NCBI GenBank assembly: GCA_963664815.2
Contig: CAXXHB010000003.1
Span: 32,001 to 96,000 of the forward strand
Reading direction: 5' to 3'
Source of the DNA: Spirochaetota bacterium
GTDB taxonomy: Bacteria; Spirochaetota; UBA4802; UBA5550
Length of the DNA stretch: 64,000 bases
Made by a program: the position numbers and the translations under genes. Shown piece after piece: positions 20,624 to 30,960 of the stretch (position 1 is the stretch's first letter; each line of letters starts with the position of its first letter). A model generated the notes under the pieces. That model made no database searches and was not told the origin of the DNA. It was given only the letters and a program-made list of their open reading frames with translations.

Positions 20624-20795
20624 CCATTTTTTATGGGGGAGATGTCGCGATAGCGACAGAGGGGGAGGAAGTTTTAGAACAGATGCTGTATTTTAATGAC
20701 AGTAAGAATTATATACTTTGCTCCACATCTGCCTCCACATCCGCCTCCCCATCCGCCCTCTGGGCACCTTCCCCATGATAAGATGGGGAAGGGGT
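20624..20795. repeat. Inverted pair of GC-rich REP-like palindromes with a 3x12-bp tandem repeat
   Basis: GGGGAGATGTCGCGATAGCGACAGAGGGGG, then CTCCACATCTGC/CTCCACATCCGC/CTCCCCATCCGC (20721-20756), then the CTTCCCCAT..ATGGGGAAG hairpin. Confidence 0.7.
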
Positions 20796-20826
20796 TTTGT
20801 ATAAGTATTTGTTAAAGGAGAAAGCT

Positions 20827-21231
20827 ATGTACTTGTTAACAATAGAAGATCACTTTGCTTCAGCTCATCAGCTCAGAGGATACAGGGGAAAATGTGAAAA
20901 TATTCATGGGCATAACTGGAAGATTGTGCTGAATGTACAGGGTGAGAAACTTAATGAGATAGGCCTTCTTATAGATTATAATGATCTGAAAGATATTTTG
21001 AAGAAAATTACTAATTATCTTGATCATAAAAATCTGAATGAGACAGAGCCTTTTAATGTTATTAATCCAAGTTCTGAAAATATCGCAGAATACATTGCTC
21101 TTGAGGCTCAAAAGGAATTAACTGAAATTAACCCCGGGCTTTTTGTCGAATCAGTAACAGTATGGGAGTCCGATACTTCAAGATGCACTTTTTATCTGCA
21201 AAGAGGCTTCTCTAAGAGAGAAGTTCATTAA
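20827..21231 (+). CDS. queD: 6-carboxytetrahydropterin synthase
   Basis: FASAHQL..GKCENIHGHNW, LDHKNLN, SSENIA and WES. The ATG at 20827 follows AAGGAG. Confidence 0.95.
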   Translation: MYLLTIEDHFASAHQLRGYRGKCENIHGHNWKIVLNVQGEKLNEIGLLIDYNDLKDILKKITNYLDHKNLNETEPFNVINPSSENIAEYIALEAQKELTEINPGLFVESVTVWESDTSRCTFYLQRGFSKREVH

Positions 21232-21571
21232 TCTTTTTCTTTAACTCATCAAGATTTGAAGATTTTGTCAGGTATGCATCAGCAGTCCATGTCATGAAAT
21301 TGCTCTTGTAGTTGGAATAGGCTGTATAAATGATTACAGGAATCTTTTTCTCCATGGTAATTACTTTTCCGAGAGTTTCTATGCCATCCATTTCGGGCAT
21401 TCTTATATCCATTATAATCAGATCAAATCCCCCCTTCCTTATAAGTTCAATGGCTTCTTTACCGTTAGAGGCTTTTGAGACTTCATACCCTGAATCAATC
21501 AGATCCTCCTCGTAAAGATCGCGCAGATTTTCTTCATCTTCAACGATTAATAATTTTGGCATAAGGGTCAC
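21212..21571 (-). CDS. Single-domain response regulator
   Basis: LLIVEDE, IIMDIRMP and YLTKSS motifs. Confidence 0.92.
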   Translation of the reverse strand: MTLMPKLLIVEDEENLRDLYEEDLIDSGYEVSKASNGKEAIELIRKGGFDLIIMDIRMPEMDGIETLGKVITMEKKIPVIIYTAYSNYKSNFMTWTADAYLTKSSNLDELKKKINELLS

Positions 21572-21688
21572 CCGCTCTTTTAATATTTTAATTTATATTT
21601 ATAATATATATTTATAATATATCATTTTCTGCGGTTATAAAGTAATTTACACTATAATATATTTAATGTAAGTCACAATCAACAATTG

Positions 21689-23791
21689 TTAAATAAAAAT
21701 TTCATTATCAGTATTTTTTTGATCGGATGAAGGGATTGGGAGATGTATAGTAAACTCAGCTCCTCCATCTTCATTATTTAAGGCTGAAATTTTCCCTCTG
21801 TGATCCTTTACAATTTTTTTAACATTTGCAAGTCCAAGTCCCACACCTGTTACTTTTGTGGTAAAAAACGGTTCAAATATAATTTCCGGATCTTCTGCCT
21901 TAATCCCTGTTCCACTGTCAATTATTCTTATAACAACATATGAGTCTTCAGATTCAGTTATAATTGATAAAGTCCCCCCTGATGGAGTTGCCTCAATGGC
22001 ATTCTGGAATAAATTTAAAAATACCTGCTTCATCTGGTTAAAATCTGATTTAACATTAGGGAGATCTTCTGACAAATTTAGATTTATTTTAATATTTTTT
22101 TCAAGGAGAACATTTTTAAGGAGCCTGTAGGTATCTCTTATTATATGATTTACATCATTGAATTCTTTTATATATTTTGAGGGTTTGGTGAAATCCATCA
22201 CGTTTGAAAGAATTTTTTCAAGTCGTTCTGATTCTTTTAATATTATATCTGCCGATTTTATTACCTTTTTTATATCGAGCATGTTTTCAGAAGTATATTT
22301 AAGTATTCTTTTGGAATAACCACCCATCGTGACAAGAGGATTTCTTATTTCATGTGCAATATGAGAAGCAATTCTGCCTACAGCAGCCATTTTTTCAGAT
22401 TCAATGATGGCATCCTGTCTCTCCTCAATTTTTTTCATCTCCTTTTTTACTTCAATGAGATTAAGGTAGTTTTCTATAAGAAAAGCTGACTGAAAACAGA
22501 AAATGGAAAGAAGATCAATACTCTGCGTTGAAATTCCTGTCATATTATATTTATTATCTGCTATAATAATACCTATTGTTTTTTTAAATGAAATCATCGG
22601 CATTATCAGAAATTCATCGACTTCCATAAACTGCTTTATTTCCTCACTGACCCTGTTGTCGGATCGGGCATTGCGGATATGGATCCTTTCCATATTGTTC
22701 ACTGCCTGTGTAAAAATATTTATTTCGGAAAGATTGACCCTGTAGGCCTGTACCTTTTTCAGAAGGATGCCTCTTTTTATTTCAATTGGATATTGTACTG
22801 TAACATCAACATCTGCCGCAGAAAGAGAATTCCATATTTCAATTGCCTCTTCAAAGGAATCAGGACCAACAGCCATCTTTCCCTGGAGCATATCATTTTC
22901 CACCATAAAAAGCATTGCCCTGTTGAATCCCAGGCCAGATCCGGAGGTAACTCCTGCGAGTATATTATAAAATGTTGTTTCAGTTTCGTTTTCGTCACCC
23001 ATTGTCTCTGAAAGATGGCTTAATATTGAGGCATGATAATCTTTACTGAACCTATCAGTTATATCATCAATAATAATTACAACCTGTTCTTCTCCATTTA
23101 AAACCATACTTGAAATTTTCAGATCTGATATTATGGATTTTCTGTTTACCGACATAAGATGAACGTTTTTCAGTACGACTGAATCGGTTTCCCTGTTTTT
23201 CAGAATCTGGCTTATCCCCATTTTCAACCTGGTGTTGACGAAGTAAAAAATGCTGCTTAAGCCCTTGCCTATTACCTTTTCCCCTTCAATATTAAATTTT
23301 TTACAGAAACTTTCGTTTGCGTAGAGAATTTTTTCGTTTTTATCAATAACTATAAAATGAGAATTAATTGAGCAGATAATATGGTTGTATAGTTCATGAA
23401 ATTTTTTTAGTTCGCCGCTTTGAGATGCAACTATGGATTCAAATTGTTTGCCAACAGTAAGCAGTTCTTTTAATATCTGCGAAATATTATCAGTAATATT
23501 AATATCTGATTCAGTAAGTATGAATTTACCCTTTTTAAACTCGTCAATTATTTGCCGTAGATTTTTTAAATTGTTCCATAGGAAAAATCCTATCCTGTAA
23601 TAATAAAAATAGAGCCTGGAAAAAAAATAGATAAGCATTCCGGCGATAAGGATGTAATATGTTGATTTTTTAACGTTTTCCGCGTAAGCCAGCAGTCCAA
23701 ATATAAATAATGCGAGGATAAGATTCGGAATAAATATTTTTAGTGTCCAGAATAAGACATTTTTAAGATTCTTGTTTTTTAAAGTAAACAT
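21689..23791 (-). CDS. Membrane sensor histidine kinase (PAS-GAF-HisKA-HATPase, NtrB-like)
   Basis: Two TM segments, PAS, GAF (GLGFNRAMLF), IAHEIRNPL and FFTTKVTGVGLGL. Confidence 0.93.
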   Translation of the reverse strand: MFTLKNKNLKNVLFWTLKIFIPNLILALFIFGLLAYAENVKKSTYYILIAGMLIYFFSRLYFYYYRIGFFLWNNLKNLRQIIDEFKKGKFILTESDINITDNISQILKELLTVGKQFESIVASQSGELKKFHELYNHIICSINSHFIVIDKNEKILYANESFCKKFNIEGEKVIGKGLSSIFYFVNTRLKMGISQILKNRETDSVVLKNVHLMSVNRKSIISDLKISSMVLNGEEQVVIIIDDITDRFSKDYHASILSHLSETMGDENETETTFYNILAGVTSGSGLGFNRAMLFMVENDMLQGKMAVGPDSFEEAIEIWNSLSAADVDVTVQYPIEIKRGILLKKVQAYRVNLSEINIFTQAVNNMERIHIRNARSDNRVSEEIKQFMEVDEFLIMPMISFKKTIGIIIADNKYNMTGISTQSIDLLSIFCFQSAFLIENYLNLIEVKKEMKKIEERQDAIIESEKMAAVGRIASHIAHEIRNPLVTMGGYSKRILKYTSENMLDIKKVIKSADIILKESERLEKILSNVMDFTKPSKYIKEFNDVNHIIRDTYRLLKNVLLEKNIKINLNLSEDLPNVKSDFNQMKQVFLNLFQNAIEATPSGGTLSIITESEDSYVVIRIIDSGTGIKAEDPEIIFEPFFTTKVTGVGLGLANVKKIVKDHRGKISALNNEDGGAEFTIHLPIPSSDQKNTDNEIFI

Positions 23792-23867
23792 GTTTAACCA
23801 TTCATATTAATGATAGACAGATAATGTCAGCACATTATTGTTTCCTTTGATTTTTATAAGAAAAAAA

Positions 23868-24034
23868 GTTTTTCTTTCCCGACCCGCCAGGGGTATAGGA
23901 AAATATAACAGTTTCTTTTAAGCTAATAAATAGAGTTGTTTCCGAACTGTCATTTGTAGTGCTCAATAAGCCTTGATGGTGCTTTTTTAAGGGGCTTCAC
24001 ACCTTATACCCTGAAAAAAATTGAGAAAGGAAAC
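23868..24034 (-). ncRNA. Candidate rod-shaped structured RNA (6S-like?)
   Basis: Long-range complementarity: CAGGGGTATAGG (23888-99) with CCTTATACCCTG (24002-13), plus outer arms. Minus-strand TTGATT-N16-TATACT promoter at 24094-24067. Confidence 0.3.
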
Positions 24035-24159
24035 AAGTCTAATATTAAGGAATTATTACTGATATAAGTATATAAATAAATAGAAGTAAATCAAAATAAT
24101 CTTTAAAATTTATTATAATCATTGTGACTTGAATAATTCATAAACAACAGAAGGATCGA

Positions 24160-24762
24160 ATGAAAATTGTAATAGCATCGTCAAACAAAAATAAAATTCT
24201 GGAAATTAAAGATAAATTTTCTTCTATATCCGGTTTAGAGATTGTACCATTGTCTGACTATAAGAATGTACCTCAGATTATTGAGGATGCAGATTCATTT
24301 AAAGGTAATGCCGTGAAAAAAGCAGAGATTATAAGAGACTTTACGGGAGAGGTATCGCTTGCGGATGATTCAGGACTTGTAGTAGATGCCCTCAATGGCG
24401 AGCCGGGGATATATTCCGCAAGATATGGAGGTGAAAATTTGTCTGATATAGAAAGGTATAATCTTATACTGAAAAAACTGAATGGTGTTGAAGAGAAGAA
24501 ACGAACAGCAAGGTTTGTCTGTGCAATTGCAATGGCATTTCCCGGCGGACAGAAATTTGTAACGGAGAGAGCGTGTGAGGGAATAATCACCTGTAAACCG
24601 CTGGGAAGTAAAGGTTTCGGTTATGATCCCGTGTTCTATATCCCGGAATTGAAATCTACAATGGCTGAAATTTCTCTTGAAGTAAAAAACCGTATCAGTC
24701 ACAGGGCGAAAGCTCTGGAGTCTGCTTATGAAATATTTGCAGGGATGAATTATGCCGGTTAA
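24160..24762 (+). CDS. rdgB: Non-canonical purine NTP pyrophosphatase (RdgB/Ham1)
   Basis: ASSNKNK, ADDSGL, PGIYSAR, GFGYDP and KNRISHR motifs. Confidence 0.96.
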   Translation: MKIVIASSNKNKILEIKDKFSSISGLEIVPLSDYKNVPQIIEDADSFKGNAVKKAEIIRDFTGEVSLADDSGLVVDALNGEPGIYSARYGGENLSDIERYNLILKKLNGVEEKKRTARFVCAIAMAFPGGQKFVTERACEGIITCKPLGSKGFGYDPVFYIPELKSTMAEISLEVKNRISHRAKALESAYEIFAGMNYAG

Positions 24763-25402
24763 AATGACTAAATCCCGGTCAGATAAAATTTTATCACAGC
24801 TTTATGATTTTTATGGTGAGACTGTTCCGGATCTGAGCTTCAGGAATATCTATGAACTGACGATAGCTGTGGTCCTTTCGGCACAGACTACTGACAGGCA
24901 GGTTAATGGAGTAACCGGGCTTCTTTTTAAAAAGTATCCGGATTTTGAACATCTTGGGAATGCCGATCATGCCGATGTGGAAAAAATTATAAGGAGTACA
25001 GGCTTTTTCAGAACCAAGACAAAAAATATTATATCCCTGTCGCGCATGATCTGTTCAGAGTTTAACGGTGTGCTTCCGGATAACCTTGAAAGCCTTATTG
25101 AACTTCCCGGCATAGGGAGAAAATCCGCAAATGTAATACTCTCTATAGGATATGGTAAACCGGGGCTTGCTGTTGATACGCATGTATCAAGAATTTCAAA
25201 CAGACTTGGTTACAGCAGCAGTAAATCTCCCCTTGTGATTGAAAATATTTTATGCGATATAATTGATCCTTCTGAATGGAAAAAAACGCATCTTCTTTTT
25301 ATCAAGCACGGCAGGATGATCTGCAAAGCCAGGAATCCCGAATGTGGCCGATGCCCTGTCATAAAGGTTTGTATTTACTATGTGAGCCTGTTGAATAATT
25401 AA
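24752..25402 (+). CDS. nth: Endonuclease III
   Basis: LSAQTTD, LPGIGRKSA HhH, VDTHV and the CX6CX2CX5C 4Fe-4S motif. Confidence 0.96.
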   Translation: MPVKMTKSRSDKILSQLYDFYGETVPDLSFRNIYELTIAVVLSAQTTDRQVNGVTGLLFKKYPDFEHLGNADHADVEKIIRSTGFFRTKTKNIISLSRMICSEFNGVLPDNLESLIELPGIGRKSANVILSIGYGKPGLAVDTHVSRISNRLGYSSSKSPLVIENILCDIIDPSEWKKTHLLFIKHGRMICKARNPECGRCPVIKVCIYYVSLLNN

Positions 25403-25425
25403 ATCATTCAGTCTCTTATCCGGGA

Positions 25426-26781
25426 TCAGCTTTTAATTTTTTTATGTATGTACATCAGTCTGTTTATCATTTTTGAAGCATAATCTCTGAAGAAGAGTAC
25501 TACCTCTATATTGTATTTTTCTCTGTTTAAATCTTTTGCAGGGTCATGCCCGGTTATTTTTTTCAGAGATTCGTAAGCTCTATCTGATCGGGTTCTCTCC
25601 ACGTTTGTAAGCTTATCAATTAAAAAATTTATTGCAGCTATATCATTAGTATATGACAGTGATTCAAGAATAAATATTTTCATCGATTCATTACCTGTTT
25701 TGTAGAGATTATAGAATTCATCTTTATTTTCAACATAATAAGAGCTGAAATAACTGGTAAATTGTGTTAACTTAATTAAATCCGGTGGATTATTCAGCAT
25801 TTGAGAAACGGTGTAGGTTTTTAAAGTTTCAAAATTAAGTTTTATATTTTTTCTGTTAAGATGTATGAATATATATTCAATATTGTTAAGTTTGTTTTTC
25901 AGAATGATATTTTCCCATTCTCCAATAGAATAAGATGTGTCTTTCCCGTATTTTTCTACAAACTCAAAAAAAGCGGTCGTATCATCCGAATTTCCGTTTT
26001 CAAGAATATTCTTTTGCAATTTATCAAGGGTGAAAACAAATCCGGATTTGAGAAGAATACGCCCGGTAACAGAGAGAGTTGAGCTTCCAAAGGGGGCTAT
26101 ATAAAAGGAAAAAATAATAAAAGAAAGGATCAGCATAAATAAAAAAGACCCGCCGAAAACGGATAATAATACAGACCGCAATAAACCCAGATGACTTTTA
26201 ACATATCCGTAAGTAAGTATAAATATAAAGAAAAAATACTTTATTAGTTTAATGAAGTTAACGCCAATACCAGGTTCAAGAAGAGCATAAAGCGCATGAT
26301 CAGTTACAAAATATATAATTGAAAAGATTATGAATAATGGAATTGATATGCGGGGTCTTCTCCCCTGCCTGAGTACAACGAACAGTATAAGCGAGTAAAA
26401 AATTGTATTGGAATACCTTCCGTCGAGTAGTTTGTATGCCGGTTCAAAAGGCCAGTTCGGAGCTTTCAGGTAATTTATCATTGTGAAAACAATTGTAAGA
26501 AAATATATAAACAGAAAAGGGAATATCCGTATTGTAAAAAAGAGATAGTATTTACCTTTCCAGCCATAACGTGTGGTATAGTCATTCCGGTAATCATCGG
26601 GATTTATCTGTGAAAAAATGAATATCAGATAAAAGGAGAGAACCATTATATAAACTCTGGCAATTGCAGAAACACCGCCCCAGTTGTAACTGAGATTAAA
26701 TATGGCATTTACTATAAATAGCGGAATCATAATTATAAGAAAATGACTTATTCTTCCGAGTTGCTCTTTTAATATATGCAT
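25426..26781 (-). CDS. Polytopic membrane protein with a C-terminal HEAT-like tail, function unknown
   Basis: Multiple hydrophobic segments, then a helical tail (AYESLKKITG). Confidence 0.75.
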   Translation of the reverse strand: MHILKEQLGRISHFLIIMIPLFIVNAIFNLSYNWGGVSAIARVYIMVLSFYLIFIFSQINPDDYRNDYTTRYGWKGKYYLFFTIRIFPFLFIYFLTIVFTMINYLKAPNWPFEPAYKLLDGRYSNTIFYSLILFVVLRQGRRPRISIPLFIIFSIIYFVTDHALYALLEPGIGVNFIKLIKYFFFIFILTYGYVKSHLGLLRSVLLSVFGGSFLFMLILSFIIFSFYIAPFGSSTLSVTGRILLKSGFVFTLDKLQKNILENGNSDDTTAFFEFVEKYGKDTSYSIGEWENIILKNKLNNIEYIFIHLNRKNIKLNFETLKTYTVSQMLNNPPDLIKLTQFTSYFSSYYVENKDEFYNLYKTGNESMKIFILESLSYTNDIAAINFLIDKLTNVERTRSDRAYESLKKITGHDPAKDLNREKYNIEVVLFFRDYASKMINRLMYIHKKIKS

Positions 26782-27010
26782 AATTTCACCTGAACAATTA
26801 ATTTCTGAATTAGTAAATAATTCAATAATAAATTGTTGAATTATTTAAATGTTAATTACTAATTTTTATAAAATAGAAAATGATCTGTTTTTTTTCGCCA
26901 TCAAAGTCAGCAGGGATATAATATCTTTTTTTAATTAAAATATATTCAGGAACCATTACAAAAGATTTACTGTTTTTCTGTATATTTGCAATTGTTGTAA
27001 TTCAAAGGAT

Positions 27011-27733
27011 TTGGTAATGAGATTTAATCATATCGAATATGCCAGTTATTACCATGATCATATGATAGAAGCCGGATATCCCGGAAAGCTTCTTCCATTT
27101 ATTCTGGATGCGCTGGAGGGCAGCCTGACGGTTCTTGATATAGGAGCAGGAACCGGTTTCTTTTCTATACCTCTTGCTCAGGCCGGGCATCTGGTTACTG
27201 CTGTTGAACCATCAGAAGGGATGTTTCTTATCATGGAAAAAAATATACCTCCGGCAATTCACGCTTCAATAAAGATTTGCCGGGCAGAATGGGAAAGCTG
27301 GAATGGTGAATTCCACGATGCAGCGATCTGTGTTCATTCTCTCTATCCAATGAATAATCTGCAGCTTGCAATCAGGATGATTGATAATTCAGCTGCAAAA
27401 AAAATATTAATTGTCAGAGAAAATAAACTGATGAGAACTCTTCCCGGGATTATCAGGGAGAGATTTGGTATTTTGTCAAATCGTGATCTTAACAGTGAAA
27501 TCAGGGCAATTCTTAATGAAATTTCTGCTGAATGGAAGGTTTTTAACATCTGTGAGCAGAGGGAATATTTAATAAAGGATATTGGCCGCGAAGTTTCTTC
27601 AATTATTTACCAGTTGAGACTAAACGAAGATTCAAGAGATGAAGTCTGCAGAATAGCTGATGAGGAGATAAATTATCGCGGAGGAAGCTGTTTTTTTGAT
27701 GCAATTTATTCGGATAATGCTTATATTTTTTAA
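27011..27733 (+). CDS. Class I SAM-dependent methyltransferase
   Basis: VLDIGAGTG and VTAVEPS motifs; the start may be the ATG at 27017. Confidence 0.88.
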   Translation: MVMRFNHIEYASYYHDHMIEAGYPGKLLPFILDALEGSLTVLDIGAGTGFFSIPLAQAGHLVTAVEPSEGMFLIMEKNIPPAIHASIKICRAEWESWNGEFHDAAICVHSLYPMNNLQLAIRMIDNSAAKKILIVRENKLMRTLPGIIRERFGILSNRDLNSEIRAILNEISAEWKVFNICEQREYLIKDIGREVSSIIYQLRLNEDSRDEVCRIADEEINYRGGSCFFDAIYSDNAYIF

Positions 27734-27809
27734 TGAATGTATTTATTGTGCCTATATGTAATTGACTGATCAGGGTTAACATTTTTAATTAGTGCTGTGA
27801 GAGGTAAAT

Positions 27810-28166
27810 ATGGACAGTAACAATGTATTAAATATACAGGAACTTTCAGAAAGGCTTGATGGAGATTTTGATCTGTTTGTTGAGCTTTCAGAACTTTTTT
27901 ATGAAGATTCGTCATCTCTCCTTAATAAAATTGAAGATTCCATAAAAAAGAATGATTCCGAATCTTTAAGAAAATCTGCTCATACGTTGAAAGGTGCTGT
28001 TTCAAATTTTTCAGCACAGAGGGCATATGATGCTGCCTATGAACTCGAAATTGCCGGTAAAGACAAGGTGTTTGAAAATGCAGCGGAAAAATTCAATTCG
28101 CTGAAACATGAAATAGATAACGTAATAAACGCCATGAAGTCTTTAGTTATCAGAAAATCATTTTAA
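27810..28166 (+). CDS. Stand-alone Hpt phosphotransfer protein
   Basis: SAHTLKGAVSN motif. Confidence 0.92.
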   Translation: MDSNNVLNIQELSERLDGDFDLFVELSELFYEDSSSLLNKIEDSIKKNDSESLRKSAHTLKGAVSNFSAQRAYDAAYELEIAGKDKVFENAAEKFNSLKHEIDNVINAMKSLVIRKSF

Positions 28167-28179
28167 AGCTGAAATATAA

Positions 28180-28992
28180 ATGGCAGGTACGGGAAGTATA
28201 GTTGAATCAGTAATTGAATTCTGCAGAAATGCCGGTGTTATTCTTATGTCCGGTTTCAGGTCGGATGACACAGTGATCAGTTATAAAAGCAGGACTGATA
28301 TTGTTACAAATATTGATAATGAATCGGAAGAATATATTGTTTCCGCTATACGTGACAGGTTTGCCGGTCATTCAATAGTTGCAGAAGAGGGGAGGGGAGA
28401 AAAGACAAATAATGAATTTATATGGTATATTGACCCTCTTGATGCTACTAATAATTTTGCCCATGGTATACCCTTTTTCTGCGTTTCGATCGGAGTTTAC
28501 TCCCGTGTGGAGAGAGGGATAATCTGTGGTGCGGTATTTGATCCGTATCACAGGGAGATGTTCCATGCAGAGAAGGGTAAAGGAGCTTTCTGTAATGGAG
28601 AGCGGATTAAGGTTTCCGGTATTTCAGGTCTGGGGAAGTCTCTTCTTGCAACAGGTTTTCCTTATGCGAAGGATGATATGGAGAGAAACAACCTGATTGA
28701 GTTCAACCGGTTTCTTCCCGGGATTCAATGCATCAGGAGAATGGGATCTGCCGCTCTTGATTTATGCTATGTCGCATCAGGGAGAATAGATGGGTACTGG
28801 GAACCTCTCCTGAAACCATGGGATACGGCAGCAGGAAGTCTGATTGTACAGGAAGCGGGCGGAATTGTTACAAAATACAACGGGGGGGATTATGATCCTG
28901 AATATCCCGAAATTCTTGCATCAAACGGGCTTCTTCACCGTGATATGATTGAAATTTTAACTTCCGGAGATTCTGTTATTCATGGAGTATGA
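28180..28992 (+). CDS. suhB: Inositol monophosphatase family protein
   Basis: WYIDPLDATNNF, GSAALDLC and WDTAAG motifs. Confidence 0.92.
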   Translation: MAGTGSIVESVIEFCRNAGVILMSGFRSDDTVISYKSRTDIVTNIDNESEEYIVSAIRDRFAGHSIVAEEGRGEKTNNEFIWYIDPLDATNNFAHGIPFFCVSIGVYSRVERGIICGAVFDPYHREMFHAEKGKGAFCNGERIKVSGISGLGKSLLATGFPYAKDDMERNNLIEFNRFLPGIQCIRRMGSAALDLCYVASGRIDGYWEPLLKPWDTAAGSLIVQEAGGIVTKYNGGDYDPEYPEILASNGLLHRDMIEILTSGDSVIHGV

Positions 28993-30268
28993 AGTAAAAC
29001 CACGGTTTTATACAGTTGCCGAGATCAATGGTTTGATAAAGTCAGAAGTGGAAAACAATCCATATCTCGGAAGCATATGGGTTAAAGGAGAGGTATATAA
29101 CCTGACTTATCACTCATCAGGTCATATTTATTTTACCCTCAAGGATGACAACGCTTCTATATCTGCGGTTTTTTTCAAGTACGCTAATAAAAATTTAAAG
29201 TTCAGGTTTGAAGAGGGGATGAAGGTTCTCGTTTTCGGCGGTATAACTGTTTTTGAAAAAAGAGGGAGCTACCAGCTTAATGTTCTTCAGGCAAGGCCTG
29301 AGGGTGTTGGTGAGCTTCAGAAAAGAATAGAACAGCTGAGAAAAAAACTAAATGATGAAGGTCTCTTTGATAAGTCAAAGAAAAAGGAACTCCCGTTTCT
29401 TCCTGCCCGGCTTGGGATTGTTACATCTCCAACAGGCGCCGCAGTGCGGGATATAATAAAGGTCGCCCTGAGAAGATATCCTAACATCGAAATAATTATT
29501 TCACCGGCGAAAGTACAGGGTGACGATGCTGCCGAATCTATTGAAACTGCAATAAACGAACTGAATAAACCCGGGTGGAATATTGATGTAATCATTGCGG
29601 GAAGAGGAGGGGGGTCGTTTGAAGATCTTATGCCTTTTAATGAAGAGAATGTTGTACGGGCTTTTGCCGGATCAAGAGTCCCGATTATTTCCGCCGTGGG
29701 ACACCAGATAGATCATCCCTTATGTGACGATGCGGCCGATGTGGCTGCCCCGACGCCTTCAGCAGCGGCTGAACTTGCTATACCTGTGAAGACCGACATC
29801 ATCAGTGAAATTGAGTATATGAAAACAAGAATTAACAACTCGCTTTTAAACAGGTATACAGGTTACAGAACTTCATTACAGAATATAATGTCTAAAAAAA
29901 TATTCAGGGATCCCTATGAAATATTAAATTCCAGGCAGATGATCCTTTCAGACATAGAAAAAAGTATGCTTTACAGGATGAAACAACGGGTTTCAGGTCT
30001 CCGGGAAAAATTTTTAACGCTGCCGGATATCCCCGGACTTCATAAAAAAATAATCGTTGAGAAAAGTCACAATCTTGAGCTTCTTGTTCAGAAGCTGGAT
30101 AATCTCTCTCCGCTGAATATAATGCTGAGAGGGTTTTCTATTGTACTTGATAGAAATAAAAAAATAATAAAATCTGTTGAAAAAATAAAACATGGTGATA
30201 CAGTCAATATAAGATTTACTGATGGCAGCGCGACGGCTGTAATTGATTCAGTCAACAAGGAGAAATAG
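28982..30268 (+). CDS. xseA: Exodeoxyribonuclease VII large subunit
   Basis: SGHIYFTLKD, TSPTGAA, RGGGSFEDL, SAVGH and PTPSAAAE motifs. Confidence 0.96.
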   Translation: MEYEVKPRFYTVAEINGLIKSEVENNPYLGSIWVKGEVYNLTYHSSGHIYFTLKDDNASISAVFFKYANKNLKFRFEEGMKVLVFGGITVFEKRGSYQLNVLQARPEGVGELQKRIEQLRKKLNDEGLFDKSKKKELPFLPARLGIVTSPTGAAVRDIIKVALRRYPNIEIIISPAKVQGDDAAESIETAINELNKPGWNIDVIIAGRGGGSFEDLMPFNEENVVRAFAGSRVPIISAVGHQIDHPLCDDAADVAAPTPSAAAELAIPVKTDIISEIEYMKTRINNSLLNRYTGYRTSLQNIMSKKIFRDPYEILNSRQMILSDIEKSMLYRMKQRVSGLREKFLTLPDIPGLHKKIIVEKSHNLELLVQKLDNLSPLNIMLRGFSIVLDRNKKIIKSVEKIKHGDTVNIRFTDGSATAVIDSVNKEK

Positions 30269-30565
30269 GTGGAGAAAGAGAGAAAAGTCCCGCAAAAAAC
30301 AAGTTTTGAAGATGCCCTCCGTGAACTGGAGGAAGTGGCAGATAAACTCGAGGGGAATGACCTGGGGCTTGATGAATCAATCAGGGAGTTTGAAAAAGGG
30401 ATAAAACTCGCGCGGTACTGTCAGCAAAAACTTGAAGAGGCGGAAAGAAAAATTGAGATTCTCCAGAAGGGGGATGATGGTGAAATAAAACCTGGCAGGG
30501 TTGCTGTTAAAAATGACACCGGAGAGATTGAAGACGGAGAGGAGCTCCAGGGATCGCTTATATAA
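30269..30565 (+). CDS. xseB: Exodeoxyribonuclease VII small subunit
   Basis: SFEDALRELEE..LE..LDESI..FEKG motif; follows xseA. Confidence 0.95.
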   Translation: MEKERKVPQKTSFEDALRELEEVADKLEGNDLGLDESIREFEKGIKLARYCQQKLEEAERKIEILQKGDDGEIKPGRVAVKNDTGEIEDGEELQGSLI

Positions 30566-30578
30566 GAAAGGGAATAAT

Positions 30579-30956
30579 ATGAAAAAAATATTTATTTATT
30601 CAGTCATATGCGTGCTGATGGCTGGTTGCTCAAAAAGTGATGCTGTTAAATTCTGCGAAGGTGTTGATATTGACGGGAAAGGAGTCAGCTGCGGAAAAAA
30701 ATTTACTACAGGTGATCTTACCGGAGTAATTAAACAGAGTAAACCTTTTGAGACCGAACTTCTGGATTTGAAGGTTATGCGTATTGAAAAAAATTCAAAA
30801 ATTGTAGAAAAGATCATTCATCTTAAAGTAGAAAGGGACAAAAGCACAGCCAATACTCCGCTTTCATTTTATAACAGCGGGCAATATGTGGTTGAACTTT
30901 TTAAAGATAACGAAAAGCTTGGAGAAGGAAAAATAGAAGTAACTGATCTATACTGA
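30579..30956 (+). CDS. Hypothetical lipoprotein
   Basis: The ATG at 30579 gives MKKIFIYSVICVLMAGC, a lipobox. Confidence 0.8.
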   Translation: MKKIFIYSVICVLMAGCSKSDAVKFCEGVDIDGKGVSCGKKFTTGDLTGVIKQSKPFETELLDLKVMRIEKNSKIVEKIIHLKVERDKSTANTPLSFYNSGQYVVELFKDNEKLGEGKIEVTDLY

Positions 30957-30960
30957 TCAG

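Noticed and set aside
20580-20826. Possible preQ1 riboswitch upstream of queD
   Set aside because: No preQ1-I stem-loop with an A-rich tail recognised; the region is explained by REP-like repeats.
30501-30578. ORF-track N-terminal extension of the lipoprotein
   Set aside because: Overlaps xseB; the ATG at 30579 gives a proper signal peptide and lipobox.
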